A DNA stretch of 53,257 nucleotides from positions 1 through 53,257 of the IMG/VR virus record IMGVR_UViG_3300019887_000002. One strand, given 5' to 3'. The DNA comes from a virus. Taxonomy: Duplodnaviria; Caudoviricetes. Shown in pieces: positions 43,989 through 53,039 of this stretch. The notes under the pieces are model-generated. The model was not told where the DNA came from, ran no database searches, and worked only from the letters and a program-made list of their open reading frames with translations. Each line of letters starts with the position of its first letter. Positions within the stretch are counted from its first letter, which is position 1. A program made the translations under genes and the position numbers.

Positions 43989-44342
43989 CTAAGCCATTAC
44001 GATCTCGACTGGACCGTAAGCATATGTCAATCTCCTTCCACTAGTAATTATGTCCAATCTGTAGAACTTGTGTGTTGCAATGTCTCCATGACTCCAGTTA
44101 ACCACGACTTGTCCACTAGTTTCTGGCGGAGCAACGACTGATATCTGACCTGTACCTGTTGAGTACTTGATAACTCCTACGTCTGAGTTCATTTGTTCCT
44201 GTGAAGTTTTGATGTAAAGTTCAACGGTCGTTCCAGCAAGATTCGGGACGTCTACAACTGACGAGTTTGCACGTCTGGATGAAAGTGCGAAGACAGTTGT
44301 TGGATCGTCCTCACGTACTATCTTCAGAGGCAGTAGACTCAT
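43989..44342 (-). CDS. BppU-N-like/Ig-like virion protein
   Basis: NLAGTTV.LYIK...GQVVV...YRLDI pattern. Confidence 0.6.
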   Translation of the reverse strand: MSLLPLKIVREDDPTTVFALSSRRANSSVVDVPNLAGTTVELYIKTSQEQMNSDVGVIKYSTGTGQISVVAPPETSGQVVVNWSHGDIATHKFYRLDIITSGRRLTYAYGPVEIVMA

Positions 44343-46297
44343 CGGGCACTATCCTCCTTCGCAAGTAGATCCAACCCAGTAACAGTTGCTACCTGATGTA
44401 GTCCATCTACAGTAGCCTCCAACTTAAGTCCTGTCACATAGGCGACTAGAATATCAAACTGTCTACCTAGTATTCCTGTTAGGAACGGCTGCGCAGGTTG
44501 TGCAATTTGCGTATCTACTATCTGGCCTACTCTGACTGAACGATAGTGTGTCGGAAGTAACGCGACTTCAACAGTACCGGCTATCCCAATAACTACAGAC
44601 TTCATAGGCACAACGATTGAAGCACCGTCAACAGTTTGAACTTGTCCTACATGAACTACCTTCAGAGGATGGACAGGTTGTGCACTATTCACATCTAGAG
44701 ACTGTCCAGCATGTACTGTCTTAGCAACAGTAACAGGTTGAGCAATCTCTACATTAGATGGTTGAACGGTTGAGTGTATACGTACTGGCCTAGCTGTCTG
44801 TGTTGTATCTACCTCTGTAACCTGTCCTACATTCCTAACCTTGAGATGAGTGGCTGTTTGTACGCTATCAACTTCAGTAGCTTGATTGATACTTCTGACC
44901 TTAAGATGAGTGACAGGTAGTGCAACGTCCGTTTCAACGGCTTGTACTACTGTAGCATTACCTACATGTACAACTGCTTGAGCACTGTCAGTTTCTAGTG
45001 ACTGGCCAACAGAAAGTTGCTTAGTAGTTGTTGGGTGAAGCGTTACGTCCGTCTCTGTAGACTGCCCAATTGAACGGGTTTTCACCTTACTCAGTATTAG
45101 TACTGAGTCAACCTCAGTACTCTGACCTACACCCTTAACTTTGCTATGTGTAACTACTTGTGCAATGTCAGTTGTCGTTGGTAGAGCTACAGACCTGACC
45201 CTAACTGCAGTGGTATGTTGAGCTAGATCTGTTTCAACAGGCTGGGAAACAGTCACAGCACGAGTATGCCCTACACTTGCTGTCGTGTCTACTTCGGCTG
45301 CTTGAGCTATAACATGTACCCGTACAGGTCTAACAACCTGAGCGAGTTCAACTTCTGTAGCTTGTCCTACTGTTCGAAGTTTGAGGTGTGTGACAGGCTG
45401 AGCTAGTTCTGTCTCTGTCGTCTGCCCAACACTTCGTACCTTGAGACGTACTGTAGCCTGAGCAAGATCAGTTTCAGTGGGTTGAGTGACTGTCTTTGAG
45501 TGAACTCGAGTGGCACCTAATACTGTATCTGTCTCTGTAGCTTGCCCAACACTTCTGGTCTTAAGGTGGGTAACCGGTTGAGCAAGTTCAGTTTCAGTTG
45601 TTTGGCCTACTGAGATAGTGTGGGTAGCAATGAACAGAGCACCGATAGTGTTTGACGTGGTTGCAGCACTCGTTTGGGTAGGTGCTACAGTACCCGATCC
45701 AACACTAAGATTGTAAATGTACGGATTACCATTAGCATCTGTAGCAGTGACCCAGCCCGAAGCAGGAGTACCTCCAGGAGCACCATAACCAGACCCAGAC
45801 GGTGCCCTAGCTTTGTAAACAGCAACCTCACTACCATGGAGAGCTGTCACAGATGGGTACGTAATAGTTGTGGACGAAGTGTTGTTTCTTGTGCCTGTTC
45901 CTGCTGCCGAGTCGTGTTTCCAAATAATTGCAGTGTTACCCCAATCAAAGGTCCTGTTACTTAAGTCCGTACCCAAACCTGTTAGGGAGCCTGATGAAGT
46001 CCAACTAATGGACTCCTTCTGCGTGGCATTAGCATTTGTTACAGTACCGTACCAAATCTCATGCCTATTGACAGTACTCCCATTGTCGTAGTAGGCAACC
46101 GCTAGAGCCCATGCACCTGGTGTACCTGAACCAGAAGCAGGACAGTTACCTCCTGAAACAGTCGCAACCGTTTGAGTAGCTGACGCCCACTTAAAATGGC
46201 AGATACGTATAGCACCTAGAGAGGCTGCTGCAGTAAGAGTCAGAGAAGTGAGGGCTGTTCCTGTAGCAGAGTCGAGGCTCCCTACAGCAGTAGTCAC
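44339..46297 (-). CDS. putative fibre protein with ~19 tandem 20-aa beta repeats
   Basis: Repeat unit like RSVGQATETDLAQPVTHLKV; N-terminal beta-rich globular domain. Confidence 0.7.
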   Translation of the reverse strand: MTTAVGSLDSATGTALTSLTLTAAASLGAIRICHFKWASATQTVATVSGGNCPASGSGTPGAWALAVAYYDNGSTVNRHEIWYGTVTNANATQKESISWTSSGSLTGLGTDLSNRTFDWGNTAIIWKHDSAAGTGTRNNTSSTTITYPSVTALHGSEVAVYKARAPSGSGYGAPGGTPASGWVTATDANGNPYIYNLSVGSGTVAPTQTSAATTSNTIGALFIATHTISVGQTTETELAQPVTHLKTRSVGQATETDTVLGATRVHSKTVTQPTETDLAQATVRLKVRSVGQTTETELAQPVTHLKLRTVGQATEVELAQVVRPVRVHVIAQAAEVDTTASVGHTRAVTVSQPVETDLAQHTTAVRVRSVALPTTTDIAQVVTHSKVKGVGQSTEVDSVLILSKVKTRSIGQSTETDVTLHPTTTKQLSVGQSLETDSAQAVVHVGNATVVQAVETDVALPVTHLKVRSINQATEVDSVQTATHLKVRNVGQVTEVDTTQTARPVRIHSTVQPSNVEIAQPVTVAKTVHAGQSLDVNSAQPVHPLKVVHVGQVQTVDGASIVVPMKSVVIGIAGTVEVALLPTHYRSVRVGQIVDTQIAQPAQPFLTGILGRQFDILVAYVTGLKLEATVDGLHQVATVTGLDLLAKEDSAR

Positions 46298-46503
46298 TAG
46301 TGCGGGTCAGTTAGTGTCAGAGCACTTATGATAGCGGACTTACAAGCTGACTGATCAACTTGTATAGCAGCACTTTTGGTGGACAACTGGTAGGTCATAG
46401 TACCTACTTTAGCTACGCACTTAGCAACGCAGGTTAGGGTGCGACCTTCTGAGCCGACATAGGTCAGATTGTAAGTCGTTCCGTTGACCATCGTCACAGG
46501 CAT
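46297..46503 (-). CDS. hypothetical protein
   Basis: TAATG coupling. Confidence 0.6.
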   Translation of the reverse strand: MPVTMVNGTTYNLTYVGSEGRTLTCVAKCVAKVGTMTYQLSTKSAAIQVDQSACKSAIISALTLTDPH

Positions 46504-46937
46504 TAGCTCGCCCTATAGAATCCTGCAGCAGCGAACTGGACGGTTAGGTCACTCGCGTCTGTGGTAACAACGAAGTCATGAGCAGTAAGGGGAATTCGAG
46601 TGGTATCTGCTGCAGCCTCCTCATAGAACACGATCAGCTTCGCTGTTGTGTTGTTCGTTGCTCCTCCAGCAACCGTCCACGTCTGATTTGGTACAGACAC
46701 ATCAACGCGGTCGTTTGTATTGTCAACTGTCACGGTGCCAGTAAGACCTGTTTTCCGAGCATAGTTGGTGAAGTCCGCTTCAGTTGAACCCGACAGTACA
46801 GCAGTGAGTGTTGCACGATCACGCATGAGGGCATCAGACTCAACTGTCTTGAGGATCATCACCCCTAAGTTGGTAGCCGTGTCACGCACCTTCTCAGCTG
46901 ACGCACCCTTTGCAATGTTGAACACAAAATCTGCCAT
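46503..46937 (-). CDS. putative virion structural protein
   Basis: MADFVFNIAKG...NYARK...IPL..HDF; follows portal. Confidence 0.65.
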   Translation of the reverse strand: MADFVFNIAKGASAEKVRDTATNLGVMILKTVESDALMRDRATLTAVLSGSTEADFTNYARKTGLTGTVTVDNTNDRVDVSVPNQTWTVAGGATNNTTAKLIVFYEEAAADTTRIPLTAHDFVVTTDASDLTVQFAAAGFYRAS

Positions 46938-48439
46938 TATCCCTCCTGACTAGGATTCGACTTGCCCGAATTATCTGCACCAGCATTCTTACCAGGTAGA
47001 CCTTTGTTCATGTTGCCTGCCTGAGATTGTCTTGGCAACTCAGGAGCAGGAGCACCAGGCAACTGAGGAGCAGTGACCATCCGTTTGGTAGCAACGTCCT
47101 TACGAGGCAAGTCCATCTCTTCACGTGACCATGTCTCAAGAGGATCATCAGGCTCTATAATACCTGCACCGATCAAGTTCCTGAGTGCGAAACTGATCGT
47201 TCTCCAGTCGATAGTATCGCCAAGTCGGCGGCACTTCAGCTTCGGGAAGTCGATAATGTTCGCCCCAAAGTTGTACTGCACCAACTGAGGAATACCATAC
47301 GAGTTGAAAACATCAGCAACCTGATCAGCAACGAACCTAACTGACTTCAGGAAGAGTTCCTGATCTGCTGTAACAGCAGTTCCTCCTCGTGTCATGTCAA
47401 GGAAGGGAGCCAAGATGTTTTTGGCGATCTCCATGTCATGGTGTTCGATGGATCGCATGATGTCAACAGGTTGTCCCTCCATCTTCAACATGATGATATC
47501 CCAATTAGGAGGGAGAATGATATGGGCCTTCTCATTCGTACGAAGGTTACGGCCCATCTCATCAGCAAGTTTCCTGTCTGCTTCCGAGAAGTTCGGTGGA
47601 AGGTGGATAACAGGAATCCCAATGCCATGACGTTCCTTTTGGATAGCATCGATCTTGTACAAGTTATCCTTGTAGAACCAGTGCTTGTACGCCGTACGAA
47701 GGACAGACGTACCCTGAATGTTCCCTGACTCTTTCTCGAACGTGAACACCAACAACTTTGAGATGTCAATATCAACAGGTTGATACAGTTGTGGACCGTA
47801 AATCCACAACGTTTGTGGTCCTCCATGCAGATCGAAGTCCCACCTGTACACATCGAGAGGATGTCTCGGAGCCAACTTGCCCCAAACATACTTGCCGTCT
47901 CCAGCAGGACTGGGCACCCAGACCTTCTCGAACATGTAGTACCCGAAGTCCAACATGAGGAGAGCTTCCCGAAGTTGCTGTGGCCAAGAGACCGTCTGCC
48001 ACTTCGTCAGACAGTTCCAACAGAACTCTGCAATCTTCTTGTCACGAAGTTTGTCAGAAGCTGGGTCCATATACCAACGTGCAGCAACAACAGGAGTCTT
48101 GACAAGGTTTAGAGTACCCCGAATCTGCCCGTCACTCTTACGCATCTGCTCGTAGACACGCAGACCTCGGATACCACGAAGTTCAGGGTTGTAATCCTCT
48201 CGGATCAAACGGCTATAGGTCGTCGTACCAGAAACAGCAGCAGCTCCGATTTCACCTGTTGGTGGTTTCTCTACATACTTCTGAGTCACAATCAAAGCAC
48301 CGCCCGATACCCCAATCGGGTCGTAGTCTGCAAACAACTGTTGGAAGTCTGTCGTCTCCAGAGTCCGCACAGCCCCATTGCTCTCGACCACAGGCCCCGA
48401 TGATTCAGGTTCGTCGAACTCATTCCAAAGTTCTGGCAT
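46937..48439 (-). CDS. portal protein (Mu gp29/DUF935-like)
   Basis: D.QI.G.L..VK, GY..FEKVW, G.SVLR.AY..W..K, ER.G.GIP. Confidence 0.9.
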   Translation of the reverse strand: MPELWNEFDEPESSGPVVESNGAVRTLETTDFQQLFADYDPIGVSGGALIVTQKYVEKPPTGEIGAAAVSGTTTYSRLIREDYNPELRGIRGLRVYEQMRKSDGQIRGTLNLVKTPVVAARWYMDPASDKLRDKKIAEFCWNCLTKWQTVSWPQQLREALLMLDFGYYMFEKVWVPSPAGDGKYVWGKLAPRHPLDVYRWDFDLHGGPQTLWIYGPQLYQPVDIDISKLLVFTFEKESGNIQGTSVLRTAYKHWFYKDNLYKIDAIQKERHGIGIPVIHLPPNFSEADRKLADEMGRNLRTNEKAHIILPPNWDIIMLKMEGQPVDIMRSIEHHDMEIAKNILAPFLDMTRGGTAVTADQELFLKSVRFVADQVADVFNSYGIPQLVQYNFGANIIDFPKLKCRRLGDTIDWRTISFALRNLIGAGIIEPDDPLETWSREEMDLPRKDVATKRMVTAPQLPGAPAPELPRQSQAGNMNKGLPGKNAGADNSGKSNPSQEG

Positions 48440-49860
48440 TAGAACATCTTTCCGGTAGTGAAGTAGCCTGCTTCGGGCAAAGACAACTCTGAACCGTCGT
48501 CAGCTTCTGGTGTCCAAACCTCATTAAGGTGATGCTGCGCTCCGAGTACGAACAAACTCATGAGTGCGTAGCGGAGGGCATCAAGTGCGTTGTCTTCTTG
48601 ACCCATCCGCTTAACGGGCCCTGCCGCGTTCGACTCTGGCTGATTCCTATCTTCATCCGGACCTTTGTAGTTGATGAACTCCCGAATCGTGTTAGGACAA
48701 CTCCAGTCGACAAACAACATAGGTAGGAGTTCAGGCGTCCCATATTCATCGACAGTTCTACCGGTGTCATACCTCTTCAGGAACCTCTTAAGATTGTCGA
48801 CACCTTGACGCCAATTCACCTTAGCATCAGGGTCAACGATGCATGGTGCGAGGTACTGAGACACTGTTGCAGCCGCTTCAGGGTCTGCAGCGTCACCAAA
48901 GCAGCAGTCGATCTTGTACCCTGGAGGCTGTTCTCGTGCTTTCATCTCATCGATGTGGTCTCGAAGTTGCTTGTACGACTTGTAGTGCTCTCTCCAGACG
49001 GTAATGTTGTCCCATGGATCTACTTGGAACTCAATTGCAGCTAGAGGATGTACGAAACCCCAATCGAAGGCGATGTAGTTGGGCCATGCGGGGTTGTATT
49101 TGCACGTCCTGATGTGTACATTCTCGTCAAACTCCGCGTAGATCCTGCCTACGAAGCTGGCGAAGTCTGCCGCGATCTCCTGTGAGAAGAGATCCTTATC
49201 CATAGCCATCTCGAGGGAAAGGATCTCTGGGTCCTGACGTCCTCCCGGGTAGATAGCACGGTTCTCCCAGGAAGGGAAGTGGAAGGAAGCGTACTCCTCA
49301 TTTTCCGGGTTCAGACCGAGTTTGTACAGATCGTAGAACCAGTTGTGGCCTTCAGGAGTTGAAGCGAAGTCAGCAACACCCCTCTTGTCAGAAAGGGCAG
49401 GACGTAGAAACCGTTGGAAAGTACTTGCTCTGTGCTTAGCTGCCTCTGCAACGATCACTGAGTCTAACCCTTCGCCGACGAGTGTGTCCGGATACTTCGC
49501 TGACTTCACTTCAAGCCTAGTTCCCCAAGGCATCTGAATGTACATCTCACCTTGACGAGTGTTGTACGACTTCTTAACGCGCTTGTCTTGACCTAATTTC
49601 TGTCCTACGATAAGATCGTTCCAGATGTACCTGAATTCCTTCTCGCCTTCGTCGTACTCTCGGCCTACGATCCAGTGCCAAGTATCGGGCTTGAAGAGCC
49701 TCATCTCCATGTCTCTCGCGACCATTGTAGTCTTGCCAAAACGGCGCCCGCACGCTGCGACGCGGAACCGTGCCGTGTTGTTGTGATACCTCCACTGCTG
49801 TGTGTGAGGATTGTATCCGATCTTCTCGAAGTACTTTGCCCTGTCGATTAGCAGTCCCAT
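48439..49860 (-). CDS. terL: terminase large subunit (packaging)
   Basis: GRRFGKT, VGEGLD...AEAA, STPEG.NWFY; nuclease FDWG and DNALDALRY intact. Confidence 0.93.
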   Translation of the reverse strand: MGLLIDRAKYFEKIGYNPHTQQWRYHNNTARFRVAACGRRFGKTTMVARDMEMRLFKPDTWHWIVGREYDEGEKEFRYIWNDLIVGQKLGQDKRVKKSYNTRQGEMYIQMPWGTRLEVKSAKYPDTLVGEGLDSVIVAEAAKHRASTFQRFLRPALSDKRGVADFASTPEGHNWFYDLYKLGLNPENEEYASFHFPSWENRAIYPGGRQDPEILSLEMAMDKDLFSQEIAADFASFVGRIYAEFDENVHIRTCKYNPAWPNYIAFDWGFVHPLAAIEFQVDPWDNITVWREHYKSYKQLRDHIDEMKAREQPPGYKIDCCFGDAADPEAAATVSQYLAPCIVDPDAKVNWRQGVDNLKRFLKRYDTGRTVDEYGTPELLPMLFVDWSCPNTIREFINYKGPDEDRNQPESNAAGPVKRMGQEDNALDALRYALMSLFVLGAQHHLNEVWTPEADDGSELSLPEAGYFTTGKMF

Positions 49861-49870
49861 TATTCACCGT

Positions 49871-50527
49871 TCAGTTAGGAGGACAAATAATAGGACATTG
49901 AACGTTGAGTAAAGGTGTAGGAGACTGTGAAGGTTGTGGCGTCACAGTAGATGTCACAGTAGGTGTGACTGTTGGAGTGACTGAAGACGTAGGTATAGGT
50001 CTAGACCTGGGAGTAATTGTCACCGTTGGTCCTGGAACCGGGAATGGCGAAGGAATGATTACCAAGACACCGTCCTTACCATCTTTTCCGTTCGTCCCGT
50101 CCTTCCCATCTTTTCCATCTTTTCCGTCCTTCCCAGGTTTGCCCCCGGGTCCGGGGACTGTACTCGCAGCCCCAGCAGATCCAGTCTCACCTTTCAATCC
50201 TCGTGCAATACCTACAGCCCGGTGAAGTTCATTGAGAATACGAGGGCGGTCCTCTGGTGGGGCGTTCTCGAGTTGGCTTTCAAGTTGACTGATTCGAATA
50301 AGAGCGCTCTTGTACCGTTCTCCTTGCTGACCGTAACGGTACACCACGAAGACAAGGGCTACTGACAGCAGGACCATTATTATCGTACAGGCGTAGACCG
50401 GCCACCCTGAAGGGAACCTTCCCATCGGAGACATATGGGTAAGTTTTTCTTCCAGGCTCTTAGCCTCGGTCCTCAAGTCAGCCTGATGGTGCAGCACACT
50501 CTCCGGAGCTGTCGATGGAATACTCAT
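49871..50527 (-). CDS. membrane-anchored collagen-like protein
   Basis: TM helix, coiled coil, GKD repeats, Pro/Thr-rich tail, terminal CPIIC. Confidence 0.75.
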   Translation of the reverse strand: MSIPSTAPESVLHHQADLRTEAKSLEEKLTHMSPMGRFPSGWPVYACTIIMVLLSVALVFVVYRYGQQGERYKSALIRISQLESQLENAPPEDRPRILNELHRAVGIARGLKGETGSAGAASTVPGPGGKPGKDGKDGKDGKDGTNGKDGKDGVLVIIPSPFPVPGPTVTITPRSRPIPTSSVTPTVTPTVTSTVTPQPSQSPTPLLNVQCPIICPPN

Positions 50528-50907
50528 GCCACCGCCTTCACCTGTTTTTCAAAGTCCTCACGTATCCCCCGCAACTTCGTTTCAAGTTCCTGCACTACTG
50601 CGTGCAATCGTGCGATCTCAGCACGGTCAATTTCCCCAGTAGCTAGAGCTACGATAAGATCCTGCTTAGCTTTGACGAGTTCCACCTCGCCTACTCGCAG
50701 AGCGTCAATCACTCCTTGCATCCGAAGCACCTCGGCATTAAGTCCGAAATTGAGATGCTCGAACAGACTTACTGCGTCGCTGACTACGGTCGTAGCCAAC
50801 TTGGCAGAGGTAGACCGGTGACTAACGAGCACGGCTTGTACGAGTCCAATCGCTGCTACTGAGATTGCAATAATCCCACCCACTAAGAGCGGAGTTGGAA
50901 TGTTCAT
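50524..50907 (-). CDS. membrane protein with coiled coil
   Basis: N-terminal TM; heptads. Confidence 0.7.
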   Translation of the reverse strand: MNIPTPLLVGGIIAISVAAIGLVQAVLVSHRSTSAKLATTVVSDAVSLFEHLNFGLNAEVLRMQGVIDALRVGEVELVKAKQDLIVALATGEIDRAEIARLHAVVQELETKLRGIREDFEKQVKAVA

Positions 50908-51029
50908 TGCTTGGGGTGCTCACGGTCGTAGAGGTAGATTGTGGTCCAACAGATCATCAACACAATCAGGACAGCAGCAATCGCCCAGGGTACCTGAACG
51001 TTGCACCAACAACTGGCCGCTAGGATCAC
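50904..51029 (-). CDS. small membrane protein
   Basis: GTGA overlap; VPWAIAAVLIVLMICWTTIYL. Confidence 0.5.
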   Translation of the reverse strand: MILAASCWCNVQVPWAIAAVLIVLMICWTTIYLYDREHPKQ

Positions 51030-51307
51030 GCTGGAGGTTGTCCTGTGACCTGATCGATGAGACCTTGGAACGCAGCACTCGGACCACCCTTCTTCCACCC
51101 TGCTATGAATCCAATCACCACAGGAAGGAGGCCTGCTAGGATCGTCCAAACGTTCAGGTGACCAGTTGCTGCTGCAACTCCAATGATCCCACCACCAGCG
51201 ATGGTACTTGCTGTCGTCTGTGCTGCGACCTTTGGATGGATTGCAGTAGCAGGCAGATTCCCTTGTGCGTCAGGTACTGTCTTATTGCTAAGCCACTGGA
51301 ACTGCAT
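51026..51307 (-). CDS. putative holin
   Basis: PKVAA...2 TM...FIAGW pattern typical of actinophage holins; AGGAGG RBS. Confidence 0.65.
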   Translation of the reverse strand: MQFQWLSNKTVPDAQGNLPATAIHPKVAAQTTASTIAGGGIIGVAAATGHLNVWTILAGLLPVVIGFIAGWKKGGPSAAFQGLIDQVTGQPPA

Positions 51308-51316
51308 CTCTCCTCC

Positions 51317-51496
51317 TTAGCAGTTCGGGACGCCAACGAGGGCGATCTTAGCGGTGGGATCCGTTTCGAAGCCTGCGTTCGCTGAAGCATGGATCGCAAC
51401 AGGTGTGTGGACACACACTGAGCCGACATGACTGAAAGCAGCGAAAGCACTGGTCGCGAGTCCGATGAAAGCCAACGCTAACTGCAGGAAGTCCAT
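51317..51496 (-). CDS. small secreted/membrane protein
   Basis: GGGGG RBS; MDFLQLALAFIGLATSAFAAF. Confidence 0.55.
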   Translation of the reverse strand: MDFLQLALAFIGLATSAFAAFSHVGSVCVHTPVAIHASANAGFETDPTAKIALVGVPNC

Positions 51497-51509
51497 AGCT
51501 ACGTTCCCC

Positions 51510-51716
51510 CTATCTTGCCGTGTTGTCCCAACAGTTGACTTGGGCATCAGTAAGGCGCTTAGGACCAGTGTACGATGCCCCATCCGAAGCTTTCACCGTA
51601 CACGTGGTCCCAGCGCCTACTGAGGTGATCTTTGCTGCTATCCACTTCCCACTTGCTCGTCGCCAAGCGACAGTCCGGTTCACCTTTCGACGATCGGGGC
51701 TGTTTGCTCTTCCCAT
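51510..51716 (-). CDS. small basic beta-barrel (SH3-like) protein
   Basis: ATG right after the upstream stop; VAWRRASGKWIAAKIT. Confidence 0.6.
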   Translation of the reverse strand: MGRANSPDRRKVNRTVAWRRASGKWIAAKITSVGAGTTCTVKASDGASYTGPKRLTDAQVNCWDNTAR

Positions 51717-51717
51717 G

Positions 51718-51792
51718 TTAGTTCGGGAACTTCCAGAGGTTGATCGCAAACATGACTACGCACAAGAACAGGATACCTCCGAGGATGATCAC
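51718..51792 (-). CDS. 24-aa membrane peptide
   Basis: GTGA overlap; MIILGGILFLCVVMFAINLWKFPN*. Confidence 0.45.
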   Translation of the reverse strand: MIILGGILFLCVVMFAINLWKFPN

Positions 51793-52013
51793 GGCCCCAC
51801 TCGGTTGAAGTAGACGTTTGTCTGAGTGCGTGCCGTACCTGCTGCAACGTTGTCGACGATCTTGCCCGTACCGATCCTCGAACCGAGGCGAAGCTTGGCT
51901 CCAGAAGAGGACCCAGGACCGAGGATCGTTGCGGCCAGCGTACGACCGTTGGCGCCTCGGTAGATAACGCCTGGGGCCTTATTCTTAGTCAGGACTGGCG
52001 TACGAAGAGGCAT
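51789..52013 (-). CDS. small basic beta-barrel protein
   Basis: TGATG coupling; VIYRGANGRTLAATIL. Confidence 0.6.
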   Translation of the reverse strand: MPLRTPVLTKNKAPGVIYRGANGRTLAATILGPGSSSGAKLRLGSRIGTGKIVDNVAAGTARTQTNVYFNRVGP

Positions 52014-52225
52014 CAGACGTGAGGTTGGCCTGGACTCATGCCTCCGCCCGAAATCGGTTTCGATGTGTGCTTGTCCACCAGGTCCTTGAGATCGTGTGCG
52101 AGAGGCGAGAGATCGTGCCCAACTGTGGCTGCCTTGCTGGCCCAACCGAAGAGTTTGGCAATTGAGTCCAGGATGCTGTGCTTCGGGTGCTGTGCTGCAT
52201 CTGCCGTCGTTGGCTGTATCGCCAT
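52013..52225 (-). CDS. hypothetical protein
   Basis: AGGAGG RBS before ATG 52225. Confidence 0.6.
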   Translation of the reverse strand: MAIQPTTADAAQHPKHSILDSIAKLFGWASKAATVGHDLSPLAHDLKDLVDKHTSKPISGGGMSPGQPHV

Positions 52226-52282
52226 TGGTTTCCTCCTATACCACCCTGCGATCTCGGATTCGTGAATGTCGAATGTCATGCA

Positions 52283-52570
52283 CTAGCAGGCAGGCGAGCC
52301 TGCACCGCTCCCTCTTGGGGTTGAACCCTTGGCCATCTGGCTCGAGGAACGTTCGGACCCTGCGATGTCCCCAGTGTCGACTGCCTTGCGTGCAGCAGTA
52401 CTGGAACTCTTCACCGTGCTGGTCTGATTGGACCCTCCTGCTGACTTCGACGGACCACGACCACTCATGCCACCCTTACCTCCACTCTTCGCCATCTCGT
52501 TCTCCTTTCCTAGTAACAGATCAACTTCAATCACCAGCTGCTCTATATCTGGTACACGTAGGAGAGCCAT
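52283..52570 (-). CDS. Gly/Ser/Lys-rich low-complexity protein
   Basis: ORF track; an internal RBS suggests an alternative start at MAKSGG. Confidence 0.55.
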   Translation of the reverse strand: MALLRVPDIEQLVIEVDLLLGKENEMAKSGGKGGMSGRGPSKSAGGSNQTSTVKSSSTAARKAVDTGDIAGSERSSSQMAKGSTPRGSGAGSPAC

Positions 52571-52893
52571 CAGGCCCCCTTCAACGGAGGCTCTACAGCG
52601 ATGCCCTGCATCATTGCTTCGAGAGGGTCCATCGGCCTCGTAAGCGGGTTCGCTCCGGTGAGGGGTCCGAGGTTCCTGTCGATGACATAGCGCGCAGCAG
52701 TCATACGCTGCTTCTCATCCTGGCTCCAGAGGGCTGTGTGAATGACTGACTGGATTGCTGGGAGGAGTCCTTTCCTCAACTCCCGCTTTGCAGCCACTTC
52801 CAAGTCCTCGTGTTCAGGGTTCCATTCCTCAGCCAGTGACTGAAGAGTCTCGTCAAGCTGCCTTCGCTGATCTGGTGTCATCGGTTCGCTCAT
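52570..52893 (-). CDS. putative terminase small subunit
   Basis: Helical; RMTAARYVIDRNLG motif; first gene of the late arm. Confidence 0.6.
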   Translation of the reverse strand: MSEPMTPDQRRQLDETLQSLAEEWNPEHEDLEVAAKRELRKGLLPAIQSVIHTALWSQDEKQRMTAARYVIDRNLGPLTGANPLTRPMDPLEAMMQGIAVEPPLKGA

Positions 52894-52899
52894 GCCTAT

Positions 52900-52929
52900 A
52901 TAATAAAGGAGGAGTGCGATGACACACAA
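52900..52929 (-). promoter_or_regulatory. leaderless late promoter TTGTGT-N18-TATTAT-N6-ATG
   Basis: Same spacing as the promoter family; ATG at 52893. Confidence 0.65.
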
Positions 52930-53039
52930 GGGTACAAAGCGTGGTCAGGATATACTAGTAACACTTCCTCAAAGTACAAATCCTGGTGACCCTGTTTTTA
53001 GTCTCTTCCCGGCGAGGACCCCTCCGGGCGTTCACCCTC

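Noticed and set aside
44500-45620. CRISPR-like periodicity (60-bp repeats)
   Set aside because: In-frame coding repeats with degenerate third positions; no spacers or cas operon
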